NCBI GenBank assembly: GCA_964304625.1
Contig: OZ199840.1
Location: forward strand, 9,987,018 to 10,051,017
From: Kudoa neothunni
Taxonomy: Eukaryota > Animalia > Cnidaria
Length of the DNA stretch: 64,000 nt
Direction: 5' to 3'
Shown here: positions 28,739 through 42,030 of the stretch, piece by piece
How positions within the stretch are numbered: position 1 is the first letter of the stretch
Layout of the letters: each line of letters begins with the position of its first letter
Position numbers and translations under genes: made by a program
The notes under the pieces: model-generated
The model's input: the letters and a program-made list of their open reading frames with translations, nothing else
What the model was told of the DNA's origin: nothing
Databases searched by the model: none

Positions 28739-30376
28739 TTATTTTGAATCTAGTAATAATCTAAGAGGGTTATTTATATACAATTTATACTCTGAAACAA
28801 ATTGAGCTATTGTAGCACCATCTATCACCCGATGATCGCACGCCATCGAAATCGGAAGCAGATAATTTTTAGATCCCTCATGGTTGCACAGTTCAGTTTC
28901 GGTTATGATTGCACCTATTGCAAACAAACCAACTTGCGGAGGTAAAATGCAAGGTCCAAAGTATCTCCCACCCCTCTATTAGGAAAGTCAGATAAACATC
29001 ATTTCCTCATGTCTATAAATTAGTATTGCTTACATTTCCCATATTAGAAATTGTGAATGTCCCATCTGAAATATGTTCCATAGTCAATCTGTCACCAATA
29101 GCTATATTTTGAAGCTCTTTTATTTCGGTTGCGATCCCACGAACTGTTTTATCTTGAACACGTTTTATCACAGGGACAGCGAGACCATGAGGAGTATTCA
29201 CAGCTATGCCAATGTTATGATCTCTCTATTATTTCGTTTAATCACACAAAATCCAATTAACTAACTATACCATATAAATAATCGATGGGCTTTCTAGATG
29301 GGTATCACGTATCTGCGAATTTAATATTGGATACATCGTGATAGCTTTAGAAATTGCTTTCACACTAAAACACAGCTGTGAAAGACTCAAATTCTCTTTG
29401 TTTTCTCTATTAAATTTTGTTAGTTCCCTACAGGATCATCAAATATGTAGATTGTTTGAAACTTTTAAGTCACCTCCAGAAATTCGTCACATCTAACAAC
29501 TCGGTAAAATACGCATGAGGTATATGATTGGATAGTGTCATTGTTTTAAACATAGTACGTCTAATTCCAACTAGCTTTTCAATTTTATCTTCATTTTTAT
29601 GTTCCATTTTATTTCTATCTATCTTATGTTTTTCAGAAGAATTATTGATAAATGATATAATATCGGCTTTGGTAACTCTTCCCTGCTGGCCAGTTGCATT
29701 AACCATAGTTAAATCCACCTATAATGATAGTGTATAGTGATGTCGTGAACATATCCTCTATTAATAAAAACATTATGTTGTTTGGCCAAGCGTCTCACAG
29801 CTGGAGAAGTGGAAACAAAATTCGAGAGTTTATCAATGGATTCTGATTGCTTATCTGCAGGAATGTTATGTTCATTTTCTTCTCCGATGTCTACGGTAAT
29901 CAAAGTATCTCCCACATTAACCATATCATTTTCATTATGCAGTATTTGTTTAACAATGCCGGTGTACCGACTTGAAATGGTGATCGAAGCCTAACTTCAA
30001 TGATCAAAAAGTTTTAGTTATAGAATACTTTATCGCTTCTGGCCTCACAAATGGGATCAAATTCCTCAATAGCATCACCCTCTTTTACGAGCCTACTCAA
30101 CACTAATAAACAACAACTCTAATTCATTACCATTGAACTATTTCAATTTGTGCTATTCCTTCCCCAATATCTGCTAATACAAAAGGCTTCACTAAAAGAA
30201 TGAAAAATAATTGAAATCTTTAAATTATCTTAAATACCAGTAGTAGAAGCTCTACGACTGAAATTGCAACCGATAATAGAGGAGTAAGTCCTCCCATTCA
30301 AATATCTTTCAAAAGGATAAAATTTATAATAACTTAAATTTCGTTTATTAAATGCTAAAAATCTTAAACCCCGCAT
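28739..30376 (-). CDS. DBT: Branched-chain alpha-keto acid dehydrogenase E2 (dihydrolipoamide branched-chain transacylase), mitochondrial
   Basis: Arg-rich transit-like N-terminus MRGLRFLAFNKRN; lipoyl domain FVLADIGEGIA..W.VKEGD.IEEFDPICEARSDK/ASITISSRY.G; E3-binding domain TSPAVRRLAKQHN..GRVTKADI; catalytic region GTFTISNMG..DHRVIDGA. Confidence 0.93.
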
Positions 30377-30965
30377 ATCATGAAATTTATAGCTTGTCGC
30401 TCAAATGAAAAAGTTTTAAATTGGATCCAACGCAATCAGTCCCCAAAGCTGTCACTAGCCTATCAGACATTCACAATAAAGCACTCCCTAGAAATGCGAA
30501 TTAGATCGATCGAATTCACACTAACCACAAACAATATGCTAATACCACCTAATTATTACTCTCAATGGACGTTTGTTTATCAATAATATTCAGATTCAAT
30601 GGCATAGCATTAATCTAAATAAAAACACGGAACTTGTTGTTAAAATGTTTCCGTTATTCTCAGAGATGTATAATTTTCAAAAATATTCACCAATCTAATT
30701 TTAAATAATATATCTGCATGATTCAAGTGACCTAATGCTAAAAGAAACTTTTCTGGGATGTACGATGTACGATCATCGGTTTAACAAATATCTCTAGTCA
30801 AAGGTCTTATCATTAAAAAAAACATTATACTTAAAAGATTCCTCCACATACTCTCTTATAATCTTTCAAAAAACGTTATTAATGTTTCTATTCATATGTT
30901 GTCGCAATATAGATAATTATAAAGGTGTGAAGATTCTGATCAGCATACTTTTTAATATAAATAAA

Positions 30966-31462
30966 GCCTGGACAATATGGCATAGTGGTGTTAGGTTGGG
31001 ATTGTATACCTTGAGGTTGCGAATTCGAAGCCTAGGCCGGGCGTTCCTATACTCCTAATCCGAAATTATGTAGGAAGACTGTAGTAATCGCTAGGATCTG
31101 CGATTTATCGTGACCTTGCTTGATGCTAGGAGGGAAGGCTAGCGGAAGGGTAGAACTTGGATGCTCATAAGCTCACAAATGTCTGGTTACAGGAACGAAA
31201 TACATTACAGTAGGAGTGGGGGTTTCCGTAGACCCGGCACTCGTATTCAGACGACTTTCCCAGACTACTTCTGGGTTAGTCCAGGGTATAGATGGGAAGA
31301 TGGTCGCTCCGAAATGAGGATGTTTAGTGAGTTAATATCCCACACTACCGCATAAACGTAAGTCGCGTTAATATGACACTGCGGCGCCTGAAGCGTAAAT
31401 AGAGATGGCCTAACCATCCCTAATTTCATAACCTAAAAAGTTGCGCCGAGGGTTTGACCTTG
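30966..31462 (+). mobile_element. tRNA-derived SINE (~500 bp)
   Basis: GC-rich island. The head has a Pol III A box (TGGCATAGTGG), a B box (GAATTCGAAGCC) and acceptor-like pairing GCCTGG/CCGGGC. The tail is A-rich, and taaataaa on both sides may be a TSD. Confidence 0.75.
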
Positions 31463-31527
31463 TAAATAAAAAAAATTATGTTTTAATATTTTCGCAGTTT
31501 AACAATATGAATGCATTAACCTTTAAT

Positions 31528-31953
31528 AGGTGATCTTACTGCAATTATGATTTAGGTGATCTTACTGCAATTATGATTTAGGTGATCTTACTGCAATTAT
31601 GATTTAGGTGATCTTACTGCAATTATGATTTAGGTGATCTTACTGCAATTATGATTTAGGTGATCTTACTGCAATTATGATTTAGGTGACCTTACTGCAA
31701 TTATGATTTAGGTGACCTTACTGCAATTATGATTTAGGTGATCTTACTGCAATTATGATTTAGGTGATCTTACTGCAATTATGATTTAGGTGATCTTACT
31801 GCAATTATGATTTAGGTGATCTTACTGCAATTATGATTTAGGTGATCTTACTGCAATTATGATTTAGGTGACCTTACTGCAATTATGATTTAGGTGATCT
31901 TACTGCAATTATGATTTAGGTGATCTTACTGCATTTCTGATTTAAGTGACCTT
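31528..31953. repeat. 26-bp minisatellite, ~16.4 copies
   Basis: Unit aggtgatcttactgcaattatgattt. A T>C variant (gtgacc) occurs in copies 7, 8 and 14; copy 16 is degenerate. There are no spacers. Confidence 0.97.
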
Positions 31954-32243
31954 GGGTTCGACCAACCAAACCGGATTGATTTCTATACTTTGTTAGTTCT
32001 TATTTTAACCTGTATTTGCTTACTCTAATACGTTATAGCGCGATAAAAAGTACACCAATGAAACATATTTTATTCTTCATAATTACTTCCCTATTTTTAC
32101 TGGAATGCGCAGGTGTACATCCAAAAATTGTAACTTAGATTATTTTACAAAGTATTAGGTAAAATATATAATAATACACTGAATTTTTTTATCATTTTAA
32201 TACAATAGAAATACAAACTCGCAATAAACACAACGCGTCGAAA

Positions 32244-35200
32244 CTAATCTTCGTCATCATCAACAAAAACTATTTTCTTTTTTCTTTTAATTGGGATATT
32301 TTCCAACTCGGAATTATTTTCTTTTCATAAAATTATGTTATATTAAATCTATAATATTTAACAATTACCAAAATTTTTCGTCCTCTTCGAGTCCCATAAT
32401 AACAAGATTTTCCCTAATCTATTTCAAATGGTTTGTTCAGAATAATAGAACAAAATATTTTGCAAAAACCTCATTTATGGGGACATTACAAAAGATTTCA
32501 TCATTTAAAATATCTTCTACGGGTTCTATACCAAAGTCAACATTCGTATTAAGTTTTGAATTTTCACTTACTGTCGCTGGCTTGATATTCTAAGTAAACT
32601 TTTCTGAGATATTGTAACGATGGATCGTTCCAACGAAACTTAGGTTTTGGTGGTGTCTATATATGAATATTCCTTGCTCTTAAAAACAACTTTATCAAAG
32701 CTTTATTACCATGACAAAATTATTTTCGATATAATTCTCTATCTAAAACCCCCAATATAATCTATTATCAGCGATTTTATATCTACAGTCGAGTAAACAG
32801 AGTCGTTCTCTACATTTGGATGGTAAATTGATGAGTGTGGGTTTGCAAGCTCTTCCAAAGCGGTTGTTATGGCATCTTAAAATTTATATCAAAAATGTTA
32901 TTAAATGAGACACACACAATTTTTTCGGTGTTTTATAGGAAGGAAATCAGCATCCGCCAACGCTTTATCGACAAAAGAGTGAAAAGATGGCGAATCAAGA
33001 TTAATATTATCCCCCTGATGATAATGATGATGAGTTGGTTCATTAGCTAACATAAATGGAAAACGAAATCAAAACACAATAAATTACAAATATTGATATC
33101 TGCTTCTTGATATTCTGGGGGAGAATATTCATCAGCAGTTGGGTTATTAGCGGTATCATCAGAACTGAACGAATTCCACACGAAAAGTGATCCGAAAGGA
33201 AAGGGGGTCATTTCATCAACATAATTTATAAATTTGGAGATTATAAATTTGGAAAAAGATATTAATTCTTTTAATTTTATGTTTTCATCTAAGCGAGATA
33301 TTTCCAGAAAGAGATTAAGGAAGTAGATATTGAAAAATGAATGGTATTTAGAGTATTCATTAGCAAGAGCACTCAATAGACGTAGCAGAGAGTGATTCAA
33401 TTCGTAGGAGTTATTTTTATAGTTCTTCAACACATAATACAACAATTTAAGGTTATTAGGCTTTTGAAATCTGTCATATAGAAAATGATGTTTCACATTT
33501 ATACATTGAATTATAAATCACCTTAAAATAATCGTTTTAAGATCAAAATATTCCTCTCTTGTTCTCATTGATAAAGGAGAAGTTTCAAAGTAGTTCTGCT
33601 GGGCATCATCAGAAGAATCCATTTCTACGAAATCTGAAATCTCTTCATTGGAAGAATGGTTTGTTTCTAGTTGACTATCTGATTAAACATATTAATATAT
33701 AAAACTCAATAAAATTATTTCTTTCAGCCACCTATAAGAGAATCTTTGACTGACATTGAGTTCTGAGTTTGGAAGTGGTCCCAAAAAGAAGCACACAAAT
33801 TTTGTATTTTATTCATATCTGGATCTAGCGACTCATCAAATTCTACGCCGAGAACATCATCGATATCCCACAACTTTCTAGAAGTATACTTACACTGGTT
33901 AAAATATAGATAATTCACATACAATATTTCCTTGTAGAGCGAAACAGCGCCATCAAAATTTTTCTCCGCAATCAAATGACATAATTTTACACAAGCAGTT
34001 TCTCTATAATTACTATTAGATTAAATTCAGCTCAGTTAAAACAACTTTTGTTCATCAAATGAGAGATGAGAGGATGGATCGAACGTTGAAACTAAACTTT
34101 GAGATGCATTGCCAATATTTAAGCAATAGTTTTGAAGCGATAGTAAAATGGCGTCTGAGTGTTCAGTCCAAAATGAATTAAAGTCGATTCTGTTTGTTTT
34201 GGGGATTTTTTTAGTAAGTTTTAACGTGCTTAATGATTTTCTTTTAACCTAAGAATATAAACTAATTACATACGTATTTATTTATTATTTATCTATCCAT
34301 TCATTATATAATGAAACGTAAGAACATTTTTTATTAACTTAATAAGAGCAATACGTGCTTATTTCTACAAAATTTGAAAAAAATTTAAATATAACTAAAA
34401 TAACTAAACTTTCGTTAAATATGGAAAATAACAAAATAATAATCAAAATCAAAATATTGAATAATTCAACAAATTAATAAAAGATTATCATTTACTTTTG
34501 TATGAGTTCGTATCCTACCCCTCTCTTTGATCACCTCCTTTACTAACTTACAAAAATAATGAATTATTTGTACGATCTCACACAACGACGAGCTATATAA
34601 TATGAGCTAGTCTATTAGAAAACACAAGGAATCGATACTATCCATAGAGATCAATTCTATAGGACTTTAACACCTCAAATATCACCTCTTGTACTTTATT
34701 ACTATAGATTAATCGATCTATGTCAAGCAAGTAGTAAACAGAATCTTAAATTATCTCAGCTACCAACACAAACATCCACACAGTGATTGAGAACGGACGA
34801 TTTGGACAGTTTCATAACAAGCATATTTTTCAAAAGCTCGTTGAAAAATTTGAACGAACTGAGTAAGCTAAATAATAGTATAATTTAATTAAGTTGCTCA
34901 CATTTTGAGCAATAATAACCATTTCGAAAGCGTGAATGCTTGTTTTTTGTCCAATTTCATAAGTTCGTAGACATTCTGCGCGTTATCCAGACATTTGTGG
35001 GAATTACTCGAGGTAACAAACTCACTAAAATCCATGCCAACCATCAAAATTACAGTAAACCTACCTAAAAATCGAAACTATCTTCAAATGCAGTCGGTTG
35101 TATTGGAGACAAAATCTTGATTAAAATAAAAATTTAAGCAGCTAAGTGAAACCATGCTCACGTTAACATATTCCAAAAATTGCTAAGAATATAATAACTA

Positions 35201-36791
35201 TCAGACTTTTCATAAAAAATCACCTAAAAACAGTTATGACATTAATAAAAACATAAAAGATACATCCAATTGATTGACAAGACTTTGCAAATATTTTTCG
35301 ATAAATTCCTCAAAAAATGATTCTATATACGTGTTTAACTCAGTATTCAATAACAGGGATCTGTTTTCGTAGGGTTGAAATTGTTTTTTTGTTTTTTTCA
35401 TGTTGACTTTGATGGAATCTATCTCGTCGGTAACCGTATTTTGATCTAAAATAACATCAAATGTTTGAATTTTTATTGAAATTTTTGTGTGAAAGTCTGA
35501 TTTAATACTCGAATGGGGTTTCTTATGTATAACATTAGACCCTCCGCCTGATAAAGTTAATGTCCCGCCGAATCGTGAATGTCTTCTTGTTATCGAAGTC
35601 GCACAAGTAGTGCTTGGGTCCTTTTCATCTACTTCCATCAAAAATTTGGATTGTTCATCCCTAATGGAGTTATTTTTAAAATCAATTTTCTCGTCAATAT
35701 TAAATTCTCCTAACTTTTTATCAGCCTGTTTGCAACACTGTTCGGCACTGTTATACTGAACAATAAAAGAGATAATTTCTGTAGCGACCAATAAATAATT
35801 TTGCTATAATAATTTCATTAATTTTAATTTAATTGAAAAATTAATTACATTCCTTTGTTTATCAATATAATAATAAATAATATCCTTAAAATTCGCTTCA
35901 AATAATTTTCTATGATGTAATGAAGTAATTTAAATAATTTGATTTCTTAATTTACATCACTAATTTATTATGAGATATAATATCTTCTTTTGCTGTGACA
36001 GTCTGGACGTTGAATTATTTTAGCATTATAGACTGAATAGAAAAATCTACCGATACAAGCTCAACATCAGCTGTTTTAATTTCAAGCATATTTTTGATTA
36101 TCAGTAATATTCTCTCAGGTTTTGAGTCACTTTTGCAACCTTTTCTTATCTATGTAGATATATAGATATTTTGTAAAATTAAATAATTAGAATTTTTTAA
36201 GGATAATACATAATCGTGCAACATCTCAACTAAACACTCAATAGCACCACTCTCGATGAATATCTATAATAAACCTTAGATAGTTAATTTATAAAACTTG
36301 AAACCCTTTTGTAAGCCTTTAATTGTTTCGATAATTCCAACATATTCGACATATCACTACTATCCATCTTAGCTATCTCACATTTGTCAACAACTTTATA
36401 GACTGGTGTTGTCAAATTTAATAGTAATCTATAAAAATTAAAAATCAAGAAAAAAGTGTAAATTATTGACTTTACGACAGTTTCCCTGTGTTCTGCCGAA
36501 TTAATTAGAATCTTGATCAAATCCTACACAAAATTAAGCGAATCTATTGATAAAAATCAAATTAACGTTTTCTATGATATTCTCCTTTCCAAAAAGGCGC
36601 CTTTTTTCGTATGTATCAACGTCATCAACTCGCAAGATCTCTATCAACAATTCCAAACTTTCTATTGGAATTTGTCAGCTGAAATCTACAACAAAAATTC
36701 CACCTCCGCATTCACTACTAACATAATAATTTTCTCCTTCGGATACACCTAATTTTTCACACAACTTTACAAGTTCGTGTTCCATCTCCAT
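32244..36791 (-). CDS. TIMELESS: Timeless/Timeout (Tof1/Swi1 family) fork-protection protein, multi-exon
   Basis: N-terminus MEMEHELVKLCEKLGVSEGENYY; DLIKILI..RLLLNLTTP; signature ITRRHSRFGGT; SLCEIVQIIHYFCKLV; YKNNSYELNHSLLRLL; basic/acidic C-terminus KRKKKIVFVDDDED*. Confidence 0.85.
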
Positions 36792-37987
36792 GGCAACCAA
36801 ACTATGAGATTAAATAGACCCGGTGTAACTGAATTGCGCGCGACCTCTGCCTCATAAATGGGCTCATGATCTGCAAACCACATTTTCATTTACTTAACTG
36901 TTCTTAATAATTATACACTAATTTAAATGATCTTATTTTATTATTTTGGATTTGTGAAATTCCTTATATATAATTAATTGGTTCATTAATTCAGTGAGTA
37001 ATACTTTAAATAAATTTTTTCTGAATGATTACTAACTTATTAAGTATGAGAAATATATATTTAATGAATTGAGTGATTTTATGAAATATATTTTTTCTGT
37101 AGTTATTTGAATTTGATTTGTATGAATGTATTGAAATTATACAAATTGGTTGGAAATTACTTATTAATCATTTTATACTAATTGAAAGAAAGAAATGGTA
37201 GTTACATTTTAAGTATATTTTTCCCTTTATTTTTGTATAATATGTATATTTTTATGTATAGAATAGATGTGATAATACATTTATACCATTGTTCAGTCAA
37301 TAAATACTCAATTAATTTTGGTTAAAAATTATTTATAAACATAATTTGAATGCGTTTATTAGTTTGTGTAATCTTTGATATAAATTTCCTCCAATTCATT
37401 GAATACCTTTTTATTGATAACTTCGTATGGCTGAGGTTTTTATAAAATATATTTTAAGTATTCACGCTACTTTAGATTCTTATAATTGTTTTAATAAGAA
37501 AATGGTTAGAATACTAATTTTAATCTTCTTAGGATTCAAATAATATTTATATAACAAATTATTATATTTAAAATAATAAATTATTTAATATAATGTTATA
37601 TACATATAGATGTAATTTTTTGAGCATATTGTATGCAAATATTAATAGAGTACTTATTTGAAGTATAGCTTATAAGTAATTATTGAAAAAGTAGATTTTA
37701 AAAACCTGTGAAAAATAATAAAAATTTATTTTTTTTATTTTTGTTTTATTATATGTGGAGAAAAAGTTTTTGAGTAATAATTTTATTGATTTGTACCGAT
37801 ATTGAATGGATTAAATTGAATGGGTATCTTCCGAAAAACATTTTTAAACCTATTCCCCAATACGAACTAACTGATTATTCATTTAATGAATATATGGACC
37901 ATGATTAATAGAAACGAGCATTTCTAATAACCAAAACACTATACATTTATTACAATATTGATTTTAGTTCTGAGTAGACTTTCAGAT

Positions 37988-39269
37988 ATGAGGAATCGTT
38001 TATCAGTTATTTTTTTCCTGCAATTTTTGTGTCGCAATATCACCACATGTATAAAATAATGACTAATATATAAATTGTTGATATACTCATAGTTAAAGCA
38101 TTTGACTCGTATAAACTGGACTCTGGTGAGTTCCCCTATCAACATGATGGCACCACGGATGTCACCAAAATTCTCACCAGATTCTATGTAAGGGAAGATG
38201 GCACCTGCCAAAAATTTTATTATAAAGGAAGTGGTGGTAATTCCAATAACTTTGGTACTGAACATGAATGCATGGATCATTGTAAATAACATTAAGTTTG
38301 ATAGATACTTATTTCGTATTTTAGTAAAAGACCTTAGTAAATGGGAAACTCTTCAGGGCTGTAAAGAAGGATACACTGCGCCAGGTCCATGTACTAAAAG
38401 TCCAGATATTACTAGATGGGGTTTTGTCGCCAGCGCAAACACTTGTTCACAATTTACCTACGGAGGTTGTGGTGGTAACAACAATCGATTTGGCAATGAA
38501 GAAGATTGTAAAAGAGCATGTGAAGGTAATTATACTATGAATTAGCATTATTTATCTCTAATTTAGTGGGTGATGTAAAAGCTCCTAATGATTATGATTG
38601 TCATCTTCCGCCGAAATACCCCATAAGTGACGAGGTGAAAATTGCAATAGTGAAATCACAAGATTTACAAACTAAAAAGTGTCACTACGCTATTGTTGAT
38701 AAGACAGAAAACAGAGGAATATTCCCTTCTTTCAGCAAGTGTCTCTCAACTTGTTATGGTATCTTTTAAAATTATGCGTATAATTTTAAAAAATAGAAGC
38801 AAGTGGTCTGATTGATGCTTGCGGAAAGGATGCACCATATCAAGACACTACCAGTAGCGGTAACACAGTAGTGAAGTTTTACTACAATAAGACAGAAAAA
38901 GCATGTTTGCCATTTCTTACAAAAGCAAAATCTTCAGGATTTAATGAAAGCAACAACTACTTCAATACAGAAGAAGAATGTATGAGCTACTGCCCAGTTG
39001 ATGAGGGTAAAAATATAAAACAATTTTAAAATATTAATTAAAAATTAGATAAAATAAAAGAGATGACTTATCATGTATCAAAGGATATTTGCAACCTAAC
39101 AACGGCACCTAAACAATCTGGATCACTGTCAGGGGTTATTAAATGGTACCACCATAAAAGTGGTGAAACTTCAACATGTACAAGCATAACTCATGGAGGA
39201 GTTGGAGATATTACCAGCTTCTTTGATTCTGCTGACGAATGCAATGCTTTATGTGGAAACGCACAATAG
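37988..39269 (+). CDS. Secreted five-domain Kunitz-like protein, copy 3
   Basis: Exons 37988-38048, 38093-38281, 38325-38525, 38567-38758, 38797-39006 and 39049-39269; all introns phase 1. Signal peptide MRNRLSVIFFLQFLCRNITT; canonical domain GCKEGYTAPGPC..CSQFTYGGCGGNNNRF..DCKRAC. Confidence 0.9.
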
Positions 39270-42030
39270 GCCAATTTAAATATTCATGATGGTGATTATT
39301 TTCATCATTAAGACTAATATAAAGGATCATCTTAATATTTTATATCCGTTGTGAATTTTTTGACGTCTAAAATATCATTAAAGATATAGAATAAAAATGT
39401 TGAGACTACTTTTATTGTCAGAGAAATTCAATACAGTAGGCAACCGATAATACGTGATCCCCTCAGCACCATCAAATAAAGTGCGTATTAAATGTTTCAA
39501 CTAGGTCTTTAAAAAATCGAAAGTGATTATGCGTTGAAGTGAAGATTATTAAGGATTTGGATAGGCATTTCGTGATTCCAACGTTTTGTAGTTGTTACTA
39601 GTTTTTACAAACATTTTGATAGATAATACATCTCAGTAAATTAATTATATTTGGTTAAAACGCTTGAAATATTCAACCACACAAAAATATTGATGTATAT
39701 TCTAAAAATGGGTAATGAGTGTTTATTTTTAGGTTTTACATCATTTTTGTATTGTTGAGATAAGTAATAAAAAAATGCTAGGATATGTCAAAATCTATAT
39801 ATAAATTAAATTTGAAGTGCTTAAAAATCATAAATTTTGGTTTGTGTCGATTATTCTACTTTTAGATTAATTGAAAAAAATTACTTAGTATTTTTGTTTT
39901 TAGTCACTTAATGGATATGAATATAGTAATAACTTAATAAATAAATTAATTAATTAAAATTTTTCATGTTTGAATTTTGGAACAAATCTTGTTATATCAT
40001 TTTTAATCATGAATAAAGAACGCAAAAAAATATATAAACTAAAAACCACATTATGTTACGCTTTCGTTAAATTGAAACATCTTCGTTCTAATTTTGAATA
40101 GAATAAATTAGAAAGTTTAGTTTTTAAAATACGAAGTCATTATTGAATATTTACAAACTTATTACTTACAGTTTAAAATAAAAAAAATCATTGGACAATT
40201 AATGACTTCGAATTTGTTAAAATTATAGAGAAATAATAATTCATTTGATGTATTTATCAACAACGTAGAGATTCCATGTGAATCCGAATATGCTTTACTT
40301 AAAATTTATTCTCAGTTTATAGTTTAATTCTTTTTGAGCTTAATCTAATTAAATGATATAATTTTTTGTGATAAGAACAAAAATAAAAAAACATTTAAAA
40401 AGGAAATAAATTAACAAGACGAATTGTAGGAAACGACTTTGTTTACGATTTTGTATGCGACACCGCCCGAAGTTTTGCACAGAAACTGTAGTACTGTAGT
40501 TTAGCTGATATTTTAAAAGAAATAAAATAGTTCATTCCAAAAAATAAAGCATTGCAGAATTTTGATAAGATAATTTCTCCTGACATTGATTAGAAAAATC
40601 CACTGTAGCCAAATCACACAATGTTGTTACTACATTGACTTAATCTCTTCGAACTAGGGGATCCTCGACACTCGAAATTTCGATGGTTCGGAGAATTTTT
40701 GAGGCTCCCAACCTCGACTCTCGATTTTTTGAAGTCCTAGTTGCAACCGATAATACGCGCCAGAGGTACATGCTCCTGTAATTTTATTTTATGTTTCCTC
40801 TATTTTTCTGCAAGGGTATTACACTGTTTATTTAAACGGAATAACAAAAAATATTTTTAAGATTATTTCGGCGAAAAACAATTCGAAATTTTTGTTTTAA
40901 TCATATTTATTGATAAAATATTTGTATCCTTTTATATTGGAGTAAAATTTAGTGAATGATCAGTTCTAAAAAATTATAAATACTATTTTGTTTTGTATTC
41001 ATTCTTTAGCACAATATGAAATTTTTTATATCTTTACCGTAAAATCTTTATTCAAGTGCATCTATAACATTCTTTAATTGACGACTAATATTATCTTGAA
41101 ATAAAGTTTATTATATTTTCATTACATTCGCTGAGTTTAAAAAAATCTAATTTATTAACATATTTGAAAAGCGATAAAATCTATTATTCAGATCGAAACT
41201 TGTAATAGTATGCCGATCACCAAATTTCAGTTTTTTAAAAATTATTTAGTTCCTTTTAAATTAATTTGTACATTGACTTTTTTATTGTGCCAAAAATATT
41301 AGGAAAACCACCATTAGGTATTTAAGTTCTCAGAGAACATTTAATCAACAATGCGGCCTGCAGAACCAAAAGTTGCGCCCACCACTGATTTAGAATAACA
41401 AAATTATGCGCGCACTTTCCGTTCAAATATAAATAGAGGTATTGAAGGAAATTAATGAGTAGTTTTAAGTTTATTTTACAAATTATTGACCAATAATATA
41501 ACGAACTTAAGTTTATGAGAAATTTAATTAACGAATAAAGTTCGTTTATTTATTAAACAAAATCATTAAGTAATTTGAATACGACATTTAGTTCTTTTCA
41601 AAATCTTTCGATAAAAATTAATTTTCGCCTATTTTCTTCTAAATTTATATCCTTTTCTATTTATTTGTCTCCCGCAAACAGTGATGCACACAGTTCCCGA
41701 GCTTGGCCAAAAATAACGTTTCGGATAACATTTTAATGAAATTTAAATAATTCGGGAATACAACAAAAATACGACATTAACAATAAATTATATTGGCGTT
41801 GGTGCCGTGCCACCAAATTTTTAACTAAACGCCGGGATTGATACTTTCCTTCACAGAAAGAATCATAATTTAAATTTCGCTAATCCAAATCGTTGAAAGT
41901 ATGTTACTTACAATTTTTTAGTTATTTTTCAACTATAGGTTAATTTGAAATTTCTATATATTTTTGAATGTTATTAAGAAATGTCTCTATGCGAAATCTC
42001 CCCCAGGCTACGTTGGACAGTTCCCGCTAG

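Noticed and set aside
30966-31042. Functional tRNA gene
   Set aside because: The anticodon and T stems pair poorly and the sequence continues into a long body with an A-rich tail; it is better explained as a SINE head.
31161-31355. 64-aa ORF in the GC-rich island
   Set aside because: It lies inside the SINE body and has no protein features.
31528-31953. CRISPR-like array
   Set aside because: The units are contiguous with no spacers, the context is eukaryotic and there are no cas genes; it is a minisatellite.
34528-34542. GATCACCTCCTTT, identical to the bacterial 16S rRNA 3' end (anti-Shine-Dalgarno)
   Set aside because: It is the reverse complement of TIMELESS exon codons (VKEVIK), and there is no other rRNA similarity.
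37939-38292. 117-aa minus-strand ORF (identical at 44330-44683)
   Set aside because: Antisense shadow of Kunitz exons 1-2; its identity simply reflects the duplication.
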